Of a stretch of 64,000 bases of DNA, positions 1 to 13,930 are shown piece after piece (the stretch's first letter is position 1; every line of letters begins with the position of its first letter). The notes under the pieces were generated by a model. It was not told where the DNA came from. It did no database searches and saw only the letters and a list, made by a program, of their open reading frames with translations. A program made the translations under genes and the position numbers. The DNA lies in assembly GCF_009914755.1 (NCBI RefSeq), contig NC_060933.1, one strand, 5' to 3'. The DNA comes from the human T2T-CHM13v2.0 reference genome, Homo sapiens.

Positions 1-3000
1 TTCCATTCTTGTTGAATCCATTCCATTCCATTCCATTCCATTCGAATCCATTCCATTGCACTCGGGTTGATTCCATTCCATTCCATTCCATTCCATTCCA
101 TTTCATTCCATTCCATTCCATTACATTCGGATTGATTCTATTCAATTCCCTTACATTCCATTACATTCCATTCCATTCGGGATGTTTCCATTCCATTCCA
201 TTCCATTCCACTCCCTTCCATTGCATCAGGTTGATTGCATTCCATTCTATTCCATTCCATTCCGGATGATTCCATTCCATTGCATTCCATTCCATTCCAT
301 TCCCCTGCACTCGGGTTGATTCCATTCCATTCCATTCCATTTCATTCCATTCCATTCCATTCCATTCCATTCCATTCTATTCGGTTTAATTCCATTCCAT
401 TCCATTCCATTCCATTCCATTCCATTCCATTCCATTCCAATCGAGTTGATTCCATTCCATTCCATTCCATTCCATTCCACTCCATTCCAGTCCTTTCCAT
501 TCCATTACACTCGGGTTGATTCCATTCTATTCCTTTCCATTCCATTCCATTCCATTGCAATCGAGTTGATTCCATTGCTTTGCATTCCATTCCATTCCAT
601 TCCATTCCGGATGATTCCATTCCATTGCATTCCATTCCATTCCATTCCCCTGCACTCGGGTTGATTCCATTCCATTCCACTCCATTCCGTTCCATTCCAT
701 TCCATTACATTCGGATTGATTCTATTCAACTCCCTTACTGTCCATTACATTCCATTCCATTCCATACCATTCCATTCCATTCCATTCCATTCCTTTCCGT
801 TCCATTCCGTTCCATTCCGTTCCATTGCATTCCATTCTATTCGGGTTAATTCCATTCCATTCCATTCCATTCCATTCTATTCCATTCCATTGCAATCGAG
901 TTGAATCCATTGCATTTCATTCCATTCCATTCCATTCCATTCCATTCCGGAAGATCCCATTCCATTGCATTCCATTCCATTCCATTCCCCTGCACTCGCG
1001 TTGATTCCATTCCATTCCATTCCATTCCATTGCATTCCATTCCATTGCGTTCCGTTACATTCCATTCTATTCCATTCCATTCCATTCCGGTCCGTTCCAT
1101 TCCATTCCATTCCATTCTATTCGGGTTAATTCCATTCCATTCCATTCGATTGCAATCGTGTTGATTCCATTCCATTCCATTCCATTCCATTCCATTCCAT
1201 TCCTTTCCATTCCATTACGGATGATTCCATTCCATTGCATTCCATTCCATTCCATTCCCCTGTACTCGGGTTGATTCCATTCCATTGCATTCCAATGCAT
1301 GCCCTTCGACTCGTGTTGATTCCATTCTTTCCATTCCATTCAAGTTGAATGAATTCCATTGCATTCCATTCCATTCGATTGCATTCAATTGCACTCGGGT
1401 TGATTCCATTCCATTGCATTCCATTCCATTCCATTCCATTCCATTCCGTTCCATTCCATTCCATTACATTCGGATTGATTCTATTCAACTCCCTTACTAT
1501 ACATTACATTCCATTCGATTCGGGCTGTTCCATTCCATTCCATTCCATTCCACTCCATTCCATTGCACTCGGGTTTACTCCATTCCATTCCATTCCATTC
1601 CATTCCATTCGATTCCATTCCGGAAAATTCCATTCCATTGCATGCCATTCCATTCCATTCCCCTGCACTCGCGTTGATTCCATTCCATTCCATTCCATTC
1701 CATTCCATTCCATTCCATTCCTTTCCGGTCCATTCCATTCCATTCCATTCCATTCCATTCCATTCCGTTCCGTTCCGTTCCGTTCCATTCCATTCCATTC
1801 CATTCTATTCGGGTTAATTCCATTCCATTCCATTCCATTCCATTCCATTCCATTCCAATCGAGTTGATTCCATTCCATTCCATTCCATTCCATTATATTA
1901 TATTCGGGTTAATTGCATTCCATTCAGTTCCATTCCATTCCATTCCATTACAATCGAGTTGATTCCATTCCATTCCATTCCATTCCATTCCGTTCCGTTC
2001 CGTTCCATTCCATTCCATTCCATTCCGTTCCGTTCCATTCCATTCCATTCCATTCTATTCGGGTTAATTCCATTCCATTCCATTCGATTGCAATCGTGTT
2101 GATTCCATTCCATTCCATTCCATTCCTTTCCATTCCATTACGGATGATTCCATTCCATTGCTTTCCATTCCATTCCATTCCCCTGTACTCGAGTTGATTA
2201 CATTCCATTGCATTCCAATCCATGCCCTTCCACTCGTGTTGATTCCATTCTTTCCATTCCATTCAAGTTGAATCCATTCCTTTGCATTCCATTCCATTCG
2301 ATTCCATTCGATTGCACTCGGGTTGATTCCATTCCATTGCATTCCAATCCATTCCATTCCATTCCATTCCATTCCATTCCATTCCGTTCCATTCCATTCC
2401 ATTACATTCGGATTGATTCTATTCAATTCCCTTACACTGCATTACATTCCATTCCATTCGGGTAGTTTCCATTCCCTTCCATTCCATTCCTCTCCATTCC
2501 ATTGCACTCGGGTTGATTCCATTCCATTGCATTCCATTCCATTCCATTCAATTCCATTCCGTTGCATTCCATTCCATTACATTCGGATTGATTCTATTCA
2601 ACTCCCTTACACTCCCTTACATTCCATTCCATTCGGGTTGTTCCATTCCATTCCATTCCATTCCACTCCATTCCATTGCACTCGGGTTGATTCCATTCCA
2701 TTCCATTCCATTCCATTCCGTAAGATTCCATTCCATTGCATTCCATTCCATTCCATTCCCCTGCACTCGCGTTGATTCCATTCCATTCCATTCCAATACA
2801 TGCCATTCCACTCGTGTTGATTCCATTCTTTCCATTCCATTCCAATCCATGCCATTCCACTCGTGTTGATTCCATTCTTTCCATTCCATTCAAGTTGAAT
2901 CCATTCCATTGCATTCCATTCCATTCCATTCCCCTGCAGTCGGGTTGATTCCATTCCATTGCATTCCATTCCATTCCATTCCATTGCATTCCATTCCATT

Positions 3001-3744
3001 CCATTCCGTTCCGTTCCATTCCATTCCATTCCTTTCTATTCGGGTTAATTCCATTCCATTCCATTCCATTCCATTCCATTCCATTCCAATCAAGTTGATT
3101 CCTTTCCATTCCATTCCATTCCATTCCACTCCATTCCAGTCCTTTCCATTCCATTCCACTCGGGTTGATTCCAATGTATTCCTTTCCATTCCTTTCCATT
3201 CTATTGCAATCGAGTTGATTCCATTGCTTTGCATTCCATTCCATTCCATTCCATTCCGGATGATTCCATTCCATTGCATTCCATTCCATTCCATTCCCCT
3301 GCACTCGGGTTTATTCCATTCCATTCCACTATATTCCGTTCCATTCCATTCCATTCCATTGCATTCGGGTTAATTCCATTCCATTCCTTTCCATTCCATT
3401 CCATTCCGTTACAATCGAGTTGATTCCATTCCATTCCATTCCATTCCAGTCCTTTCCATTCCATTCCACTCGGGTTGATTCCATTCTATTAGTTTCCATT
3501 CCATTCCATTCCCTTCCATTCCACTCTGGTTGATTCCATTCCTTTCCATTCCACTCGAATACATTCCCTCCTATTCCACTCGGAACGATTCCATTCTATT
3601 CCATTCCATTCCATTCCATTCCATTCCCCTGTACTCGGGTTGATTCCATTCCATTCCATTCCACTCCATTCGGTTCCGTTGCATTCCATTCTATTGCATT
3701 CCATTCTATTCGGGTTAATTCCATTCCATTCTATTCCATTCCAT

Positions 3745-6700
3745 TCCATTCCATTCCATTGCAATGGAGTTGATTCCATTCCATTCCATTCCATTCCGGA
3801 TGATTCCATTCCATTGCATTCCATTCCATTCCATTCCCCTGCACTCGTGTTGATTCCATTCCCTTCCATTCCATTCCATTCCGTTCCATTCCTTTCCATT
3901 CCATTCTATTCCGGTTAATTCCATTCCATTCCATTCCATTCCATTCCATTCCATTGCAATCGAGTTGATTCCATTCCATTCCTTTCCATTCCATTCCATT
4001 GCCTTGCATTCCACTCGGGTTGATTCCATTCCCTTCTTTCCACTCCATTACATTCCCTTCCATGATTGATTCCATTCCATTCCATTCCATTTCATTCCAT
4101 TGCAATCCATTCCAATCCATTCCATTCCATTCCATTCCACTCGAGTTGACTTCATTCCATTCCTTTCCATTCCATTCCATTCCTTTCCACTCGAGTTAAT
4201 TCCATTCCATTCCAATCCATTGGATTCCATTCCATGCCTTTCCACTCGGGTTGATTCCATTCCTTTGCATTCCATTCCATTCCATTCCATTCCATTCCAT
4301 TCCATTCCATTCCATTCCATTCCTTTCCGTTGCTTTCCATTCCATTACATTCGGATTGATTCTATTCAACTCCCTTACTCTCCATTACATTCCATTCCAT
4401 TCGGGTTGTTCCATTCCATTCCATTCCATTCCATTCCACTCCATTCCATTGCACTCGGGTTGATTCCATTCCATTCCATTCCATTCCATTCCATTCCATT
4501 CCGGATGATTCCATTCCATTGCATTCCGTTCCATTACATTCCCCTGCAATCTCGTTGATTCCATTCCATTCCATTCCACTCCATTCAATTCCATTCCATT
4601 AAAATTCTTTCCATTCCATTCTATTCCGTACCATTCCATTCCATTCCATACCATTCCATTCCATTCCATTCCATTCCATTCCATTCCGTTGCATTCCGTT
4701 CCATTCCATTCCATTCCATTCCATTCTATTCGGGTTAATCCCATTCCATTCCATTCTCTTCCATTCCATTGCAATCGTGTTGAATCCGTTGCATTTCATT
4801 CCATTCCATTCCATTCCATTCCATTCCGCAAGATTCCATTCCATTGCATTCCATTCCATGCCATTCCCCTGCACTCGCGTTGATTCCATTCCATTCCATT
4901 CCATTCCATTCCATTCCATTCCATTCCGTTCCGTTCCATTCCATTCCATTCCATTCCATTCCGTTCCGTTCCATTCCATTCCATTCCATTCCATTCTATT
5001 CGGGTTAATTCCATTCCATTCCATTCGATTGCAATCGTGTTGATTCCATTCCATTCCAATCCATTCCATTCCATTCCATTCCATTCCATTCCATTTCATT
5101 CCTTTCCATTCCATTACGGATGATTCCATTCCATTGCTTTCCATTCCATTCCATTCCCCTGTACTCGAGTTGATTCCATTCCATTGCATTCCAATCCATG
5201 CCCTTCCACTCGTGTTGATTCCATTCTTTCCATTCCATTCAAGTTGAATCCATTCCATTGCATTCCATTCCATTCGATTCCATTCGATTGCACTCTGGTT
5301 GATTCCATTCAATTGCATTCCATTCCATTCCATTCCATTCCATTCCATTCCATTCCATTCCGTTCCATTCCATTCCATTACATTCGGATTGATTCTATTC
5401 AATTCCCTTACACTCCATTACATTCCATTCCTTTCGGGTAGTTTCCATTCCCTTCCATTCCATTCCTCTCCATTCCATTGCACTCGGGTTGATTCCATTC
5501 CATTGCATTCCATTCCATTCCATTCAATTGCATTTCGTTGCATTCCATTCCATTACATTCGGATTGACTCTATTCAACTCCCTTACTCTCCATTACATTC
5601 CATTCCATTCGGGTTGTTCCATTCCATTCCATTCCATTCCACTCCATTCCATTGCACTCGGGTTGATTCCATTCCATTCCATTCCATTCCATTGCAATGG
5701 AGTTGATTCCATTCCATTCCATTCCATTCCGGATGATTCCATTCCATTGCATTCCATTCCATTCCATTCCCCTGCACTCGTGTTGATTCCATTCCCTTCC
5801 ATTCCATTCCATTCCGTTCCATTCCATTCCATTCCATTCTATTCCGGTTAATTCCATTCCATTCCATTCCATTCCATTCCATTCCATTGCAATCGAGTTG
5901 ATTCCATTCCATTCCTTTCCATTCCATTCCATTGCCTTGCATTCCACTCGGGTTGATTCCATTCCCTTCTTTCCACTCCATTACATTCCCTTCCATGATT
6001 GATTCCATTCCATTCCATTCCATTTCATTCCATTGCAATCCATTCCAATCCATTCCATTCCATACCATTCCACTCGAGTTGACTTCATTCCATTCCTTTC
6101 CATTCCATTCCATTCCTTTCCACTCGAGTTGATTCCATTCCATTCCAATCCATTGGATTCCATTCCATGCCATTCCACTCGGGTTGATTCCATTCCTTTG
6201 CATTCCATTCCATTCCATTCCATTCCATTCCATTCCATTCCATTCCGTTGCATTCCATTCCATTACATTCGGATTGATTCTATTCAACTCCCTTACTCTC
6301 CATTACATTCCATTCCATTCGGGTTGTTCCATTCCATTCCATTCCATTCCATTCCACTCCATTCCATTGCACTCGGGTTGATTCCATTCCATTCCATTGC
6401 ATTCCATTCCATTCCGGATGATTCCATTCCATTGCATTCCGTTCCATTACATTCCCCTGCACTCGCGTTGATTCCATTCCATTCCATTCCACTCCATTCA
6501 ATTCCATTCCATTACAATTCGTTCCATTCCATTCTATTCCGTACCATTCCATTCCATTCCATACCATTCCATTCCATTCCATTCCATTCCATTCCATTCC
6601 ATTCCATTCCGTTGCATTCCGTTCCATTCCATTCCATTCCATTCTATTCGGGTTAATCCCATTCCATTTCATTCTATTCCATTCCATTGCAATCGTGTTG

Positions 6701-7630
6701 AATCCGTTGCATTTCATTCCATTCCATTCCATTCCATTCCATTCCGGAAGTTTCCATTCCATTGCATTCCATTCCATGCCATTCCCCTGCACTCGCGTTG
6801 ATTCCATTCCATTCCATTCCATTCCATTCCATTCCGTTCCGTTCCGTTCCGTTCCGTTCCATTCCATTCCATTCCATTCCGTTCCGTTCCATTCCATTCC
6901 ATTCCATTCCATTCTATTCGGGTTAATTCCATTCCATTCCATTCCATTGCAATCGTGTTGATTCCATTCCATTCCAATCCATTCCATTCCATTCCATTCC
7001 ATTCCATTCCATTCCATTCCTTTCCATTTCATTCCTTTCCATTCCATTACGGATGATTCCATTCCATTGCTTTCCATTCCATTCCATTCCCCTGTACTCG
7101 AGTTGATTCCATTCCATTGCATTCCAATCCATGCCCTTCCACTCGTGTTGATTCCATTCTTTCCATTCCATTCAAGTTGAATCCATTCCATTGCATTCCA
7201 TTCCATTCGATTCCATTCGATTGCACTCGGGTTGATTCCATTCCATTGCATTCCATTCCATTCCATTCCATTCCATTCCATTCCATTCCGTTCCATTCCA
7301 TTCCATTACATTCGGATTGATTCTATTCAATTCCCTTACACTCCATTACATTCCATTCCATTCGGGTAGTTTCCATTCCCTTCCATTCCATTCCTCTCCA
7401 TTCCATTGCACTCGGGTTGATTCCATTCCATTGCATTCCATTCCATTCCATTCAATTGCATTCCGTTGCATTCCATTCCATTACATTCGGATTGACTCTA
7501 TTCAACTCCCTTACTCTCCATTACATTCCATTCCATTCGGGTTGTTCCATTCCATTCCATTCCATTCCACTCCATTCCATTGCACTCGGGTTTATTCCAT
7601 TCCATTCCATTCCATTCCATTGCAATGGAG
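3745..7630 (+). repeat. Tandem duplication, ~1.93 kb x2
   Basis: gcaatggagttg at ~3761, ~5694 and ~7622. cccttctttccactcc...ccatgattgat at ~4031 and ~5964. ggattgactctatt at ~5561 and ~7489. Confidence 0.8.
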
Positions 7631-8084
7631 TTGATTCCATTCCATTCCATTCCATTCCATTCCATTCCATTCCATTCCGGAAGATTCCATTCCATTGCAT
7701 TGCATTCCATTCCATTCCCCTGCACTCGCGTTGATTCAATTCCATTCTATTCCATTCCATTCCATTCCATTCCTCTCCGTTGCATTCCATTCCATTCCAT
7801 TCCATTCCATTCCATTCCATTCCATTCCGTTCCGTTCCATTCCATTCCATTCCATTCCATTCTTTTCGGGTTAATTCCATTCCATTCCATTCGATTGCAA
7901 TCGAGTTCATTCCATTCCATTCCATTCCATTCCATTCCATTCCATTCCTTTCCATTCCATTACGGATGATTCCATTCCATTGCATTGCATTCCATTCCAT
8001 TACCCTGTACTCGGGTTGATTCCATTCCATTCCATTCCAATACATGCCATTCCACTCGTGTTGATTCCATTCTTTCCATTCCAT

Positions 8085-9870
8085 TCAAGTTGAATCCATT
8101 CCATTGCATTCCATTCCATTCCATTCCCCTGCAGTCGGGTTGATTCCATTCCATTGCATTCCATTGCATTCCATTCCATTGCATTCCATTCCATTCCATT
8201 CCGTTCCGTTCCATTCCATTCCATTCCTTTCTATTCGGGTTAATTCCATTCCATTCCATTCCATTCCATTCCAATCGAGTTGATTCCTTTCCATTCCATT
8301 CCATTCCATTCCACTCCATTCCAGTCCTTTCCATTCCATTCCACTCGGGTTGATTCCAATGTATTCCTTTCCATTCCATTCCATTCTATTGCAATCGAGT
8401 TGATTCCATTGCTTTGCATTCCATTCCATTCCATTCCATTCCGGATGATTCCATTCCATTGCATTCCATTCCATTCCATTCCCCTGCACTCGGGTTTATT
8501 CCATTCCATTCCACTACATTCCGTTCCATTCCATTCCATTCCATTGCATTCGGGTTAATTCCATTCCATTCCTTTCCATTCCATTCCATTCCGTTACAAT
8601 CGAGTTGATTCCATTCCATTCCATTCCATTCCTGTCCTTTCCATTCCATTCCACTCGGGTTGATTCCATTCTATTAGTTTCCATTCCATTCCATTCCCTT
8701 CCATTCCACTCTGGTTGATTCCATTCCTTTCCATTCCACTCGAATACATTCCCTCCTATTCCACTCGGAACGATTCCATTCTATTCCATTCCATTCCATT
8801 CCATTCCATTCCATTCCCCTGTACTCGGGTTGATTCCATTCCATTCCATTCCACTCCATTCGGTTCCGTTGCATTCCATTCTATTGCATTCCATTCTATT
8901 CGGGTTAATTCCATTCCATTCTATTCCATTCCATTCCATTCCATTCCATTGCAATGGAGTTGATTCCATTCCATTCCATTCCATTCCGGATGATTCCATT
9001 CCGTTGCATTCCATTCCATTCCATTCCCCTGCACTCGTGTTGATTCCATTCCCTTCCATTCCATTCCATTCCGTTCCATTCCATTCCATTCCATTCTATT
9101 CCGGTTAATTCCATTCCATTCCATTCCATTCCATTCCATTCCATTCCATTGCAATCGAGTTGATTCCATTCCATTCCTTTCCATTCCATTCCATTGCCTT
9201 GCATTCCACTCGGGTTGATTCCATTCCCTTCTTTCCACTCCATTACATTCCCTTCCATGATTGATTCCATTCCATTCCATTCCATTTCATTCCATTGCAA
9301 TCCATTCCAATCCATTCCATTCCATTCCATTCCACTCGAGTTGACTTCATTCCATTCCTTTCCATTCCATTCCATTCCTTTCCACTCGAGTTGATTCCAT
9401 TCCATTCCAATCCATTGGATTCCATTCCATGCCATTCCACTCGGGTTGATTCCATTCCTTTGCATTCCATTCCATTCCATTCCATTCCATTCCATTCCAT
9501 TCCATTCCGTTGCTTTCCATTCCATTACATTCGGATTGATTCTATTCAACTCCCTTACTCTCCATTACATTCCATTCCATTCGGGTTGTTCCATTCCATT
9601 CCATTCCATTCCATTCCACTCCATTCCATTGCACTCGGGTTGAATCCATTCCATTCCATTCCACTCCATTCCATTCCATTCCGGATGATTCCATTCCATT
9701 GCATTCCGTTCCATTACATTCCCCTGCACTCGCGTTGATTCCATTCCATTCCATTCCACTCCATTCAATTCCATTCCATTACAATTCGTTCCATTCCATT
9801 CTATTCCGTACCATTCCATTCCATTCCATACCATTCCATTCCATTCCATTCCATTCCATTCCATTCCATT
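8085..9870 (+). repeat. Second copy of block ~2890-4690 (offset ~5.19 kb)
   Basis: Shared rare variants ccaatgtatt (3171/8356), acattccctcctattccactcggaacg (3561/8746), ccgttacaatcg (~3406/8591) and ccatgattgat (~4060/9256). Confidence 0.8.
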
Positions 9871-12800
9871 CCATTCCATTCCATTCCCTTGCTTTCCGTT
9901 CCATTCCATTCCATTCCATTCCATTCCATTCCATTCCGGAAGATTCCATTCCATTGCATTCCATTCCATGCCATTCCCCTGCACTCGCGTTGATTCCATT
10001 CCATTCCATTCCATTCCATTCCATTCCATTCCATTCCGTTCCGTTCCGTTCCATTCCATTCCATTCCATTCCGTTCCGTTCCATTCCATTCCATTCCATT
10101 CCATTCTATTCGGGTTAATTCCATTCCATTCCATTCGATTGCAATCGTGTTGATTCCATTCCATTCCATTCCATTCCATTCCATTCCATTCCGTTCAGTT
10201 CGGTTCCATTCCATTCCATTCCATTCTATTCCATTCCATTCCATTCTATTCCATTCCATTGCAATCGAGTTGAATCCATTGCATTTCATTCCGTTCCATT
10301 CCATTCCATTCCATTCCGGAAGATTCCATTCCATTGCATTCCATTCCATTCCATTCCCCTGCACTCGAGTTGATTCCATTCCATTCCATTCCATTCCGTT
10401 CCGTTCCATTCCATTCCATTCCATTCCATTCCATTCCGTTCCGTTCCATTCCATTCCATTCCATTTTATTCGGGTTAATTCCATTCCATTCCATTCGACT
10501 GCAATCGAGTTGATTCCATTCCATTCCATTCCATTCCATTCCATTCCATTCCATTCCGTTCCGTTCCGTTCCATTCCATTCCATTCCATTCCATTCCGTT
10601 CCATTCCGTTCCGTTCCATTCCATTCAATTCCATTCTATTCGGGTTAATTCCATTCCATTGCATTCGATTGCAATCGAGTTGAGTCCATTCCATTCCATT
10701 CCATTCCATTCCATTCCATTCCATTCCTTTCCATTCCATTACGGATGATTCCATTCCATTGCATTCCATTCCATTAAATTCCCCTGTACTCGGGTTGATT
10801 CCATTCCATTCCATTCCAAGCCATGCCATTCCACTCGTGTTGATTCCATTCTTTCCATTCCATTCAAGTTGAATCCATTCCATTGCATTCCATTCCATTG
10901 GATTGCATTCGATTGCACTCGGGTTGATTCCATTCCATTGCATTCCATTCCATTCCATTCCATTCCATTCCATTCCATTCCGTTCCATTCCATTCCATTA
11001 CATTCGGATTGATTCTATTCAATTCCCTTACACTCCGTTACATTCCAATCCATTCCGATAGTTTCCATTCCATTCCATTTCATTCCTCTCCATTCCATTG
11101 CACTCGGGTTGATTCCATTCCATTGCATTCCATTCGATTCCATTCAATTCCATTCCGTTCCATTCCATTCCATTACATTCGGATTGATTCTATTCAACTC
11201 CCTTACTCTCTATTACATTCCATTCCATTCGGGTTGTTCCATTCCATTCCATTCCATTCCTCTCCATTCCATTGCACTCGTGTTGATTCCATTCCATTCC
11301 ATTCCATTCCATTCCATTCCATTGCACTCGGTTTGATTCCATTCCATTCCATTCCATTCCATTCCGGATGATTCCATTCCATTGCATTCCGTTCCATTAC
11401 GTTCCCCTGCACTCGCGTTGATTCCATTCCATTCCATTCAATTCCTTTCCATTACAATTCGTTCCATTCCATTCTATTCCGTACCATTCCATTCCATTCC
11501 ATACCATTCCATTCCATTGCATTCCATTCCATTCCATTCCGTTCCATTCCGTTCCATTCCATTCCATTCCATTCTATTCGAATTAATTCCATTCCATTCC
11601 ATTCTATTCCATTCCATTGCAATCGAGTTGAATCCATTGCATTTCATTCCATTCCATTCCATTCCATTCCATTCCGGAAGATTCCATTCCATTGCATTCC
11701 ATTCCATTCCATTCCCCTGCACTCGCGTTGATTCCATTCCATTCCATTCCATTCCATTCCGTTCCGTTCCATTCCATTCCATTCCATTCCATTCCGTTCC
11801 GTTCCATTCCATTCCATTCCATTCTATTCGGGTTAATTCCATTCCATTCCATTCGATTGCAATCGAGTTGATTCCATTCCATTCCATTCCATTCCATTCC
11901 ATTCCATTCCATTCCTTTCCATTCCATTACGGATGATTCCATTCCATTGCATTCCATTCCATTCCATTCCCCTGTACTCGGGTTGATTCCATTCCATTCC
12001 ATTCCAATCCATGCCATTCCACTCGTGTTGATTCCATTCTTTCCATTCCATTCAAGTTGAATCCATTCCATTGCATTCCATTCCATTTGATTCCATTCGA
12101 TTGCACTCGGGTTGATTCCATTCCATTGCATTCCATTCCATTCCATTCCATTCCATTCCATTCCGTTCCATTCCATTCCATTCCATTCGGATTGATTCTA
12201 TTCAATTCCCTTACACCCCATTACATTCCATTCCATTCGGGTAGTTTCCATTCCATTCCATTCCATTCCTCTCCATTCCATTGCACTCGGGTTGATTCCA
12301 TTCCATTGCATTCCATTCCATTCCATTCAATTCCATTCCGTTCCATTCCATTCCATTACATTCGGATTGATTCTATTCAACTCCCTTACTCTCCATTACA
12401 TTCCATTCCATTCGGGTTGTTCCATTCCACTCCATTCCATTCCACTCCATTCCATTGCAATCGGGTTGATTCCATTCCATTCCATTCCATTCCATTCCAT
12501 TCCATTCCATTCCGGAAGATTCCATTCCATTGCATTCCATTACATTCCATTCCCCTGCACTCGCGTTGATTCCATTCCATTCCATTCCATTCCATTCCAT
12601 TCCGTTCCGTTCCATTCCATTCCATTCCATTCCATTCCATTCCGTTCCGTTCCATTCCATTCCATTCCATTCTATTCGGTTTAATTCCATTCCATTCCAT
12701 TCGATTGCAATCGAGTTGATTCCATTCCATTCCATTCCATTCCATTCCATTCCATTCCATTCCATTCCTTTCCATTCCATTACGGATGATTCCATTCCAT

Positions 12801-13329
12801 TGCATTCCATTCCATTCCATTCCCCTGTACTCGGGTTGATTCCATTCCATTCCATTCCAATCCATGCCATTCCACTCGTGTTGATTCCATTCTTTCCATT
12901 CCATTCAAGTTGAATCCATTCCATTGCATTCCATTCCATTCGATTCCATTCGATTGCACTCGGGTTGATTCCATTCCATTGCATTCCATTCCATTCCATT
13001 CCATTCCATTCCATTCCGTTCCATTCCATTCCATTACATTCGGATTTATTCTATTCAATTCCGTTACACTCCATTACATTCCATTCCATTCGGGTAGTTT
13101 CCATTCCATTCAATTCCATTCCTCTCCATTCCATTGCACTCGGGTTGATTCCATTCCATTGCATTCCATTCCATTCCATTCAATTCCATTCCGTTCCATT
13201 CCATTCCATTACATTCGGATTGATTCTATTCAACTCCCTTACTCTCCATTCCATTCCATTCCATTTGGGTTGTTCCATTCCATTCCATTCCATTCCACTC
13301 CATTCCATTGCACTCGGGTTGATTCCATT

Positions 13330-13930
13330 CCATTCCATTCCATTCCATTCCATTCCGGAAGATTCCATTCCATTGCATTCCATTCCATTAAATTCCATTC
13401 CATTCCGGAAGATTCCATTCCATTGCATTCCATTCCATTCCATTCCCCTTCACTCGCGTTGATTCCATTCCTTTCCATTCTATTCCATTCCATTCCCTTC
13501 CTTTCCATTCCATTCCATTCCATTCCATTCCGTTCCGTTCCGTTCCGTTCCATTCCATTCCATTCCATTCTATTCGGTTTAATTCCATTCCATTCCATTC
13601 GATTGCAATCGAGTTGATTCCATTCCATTCCATTCCATTCCATTCCATTCCATTCCGGAAGATTCCATTCCATTGCATTCCATTCCATTCCATTCCATTC
13701 CATTCCGGAAGATTCCATTCCATTGCATTCCATTCCATTCCATTCCCCTTCACTCGCGTTGATTCCATTCCATTCCATTCTATTCCATTCCATTCCCTTC
13801 CTTTCCATTCCATTCCAGTCCATTCCATTCCATTCCGTTCCGTTCCGTTCCATTCCATTCCATTCCATTCTATTCGGTTTAATTCCATTCCATTCCATTC
13901 GATTGCAATCGAGTTGATTCCATTCCATTC
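13330..13930 (+). repeat. Tandem duplication, 300 bp x2
   Basis: cattccccttcactcgcgtt at 13441 and 13741, tattcggtttaatt at 13571 and 13871, and a double ccggaag in each copy. Confidence 0.85.

Noticed and set aside
130-160. DUX4 or homeodomain site in ggattgattctattcaa
   Set aside because: It does not match the DUX4 consensus TAAYYYAATCA. The short ATTGATT core is too degenerate to support a call.
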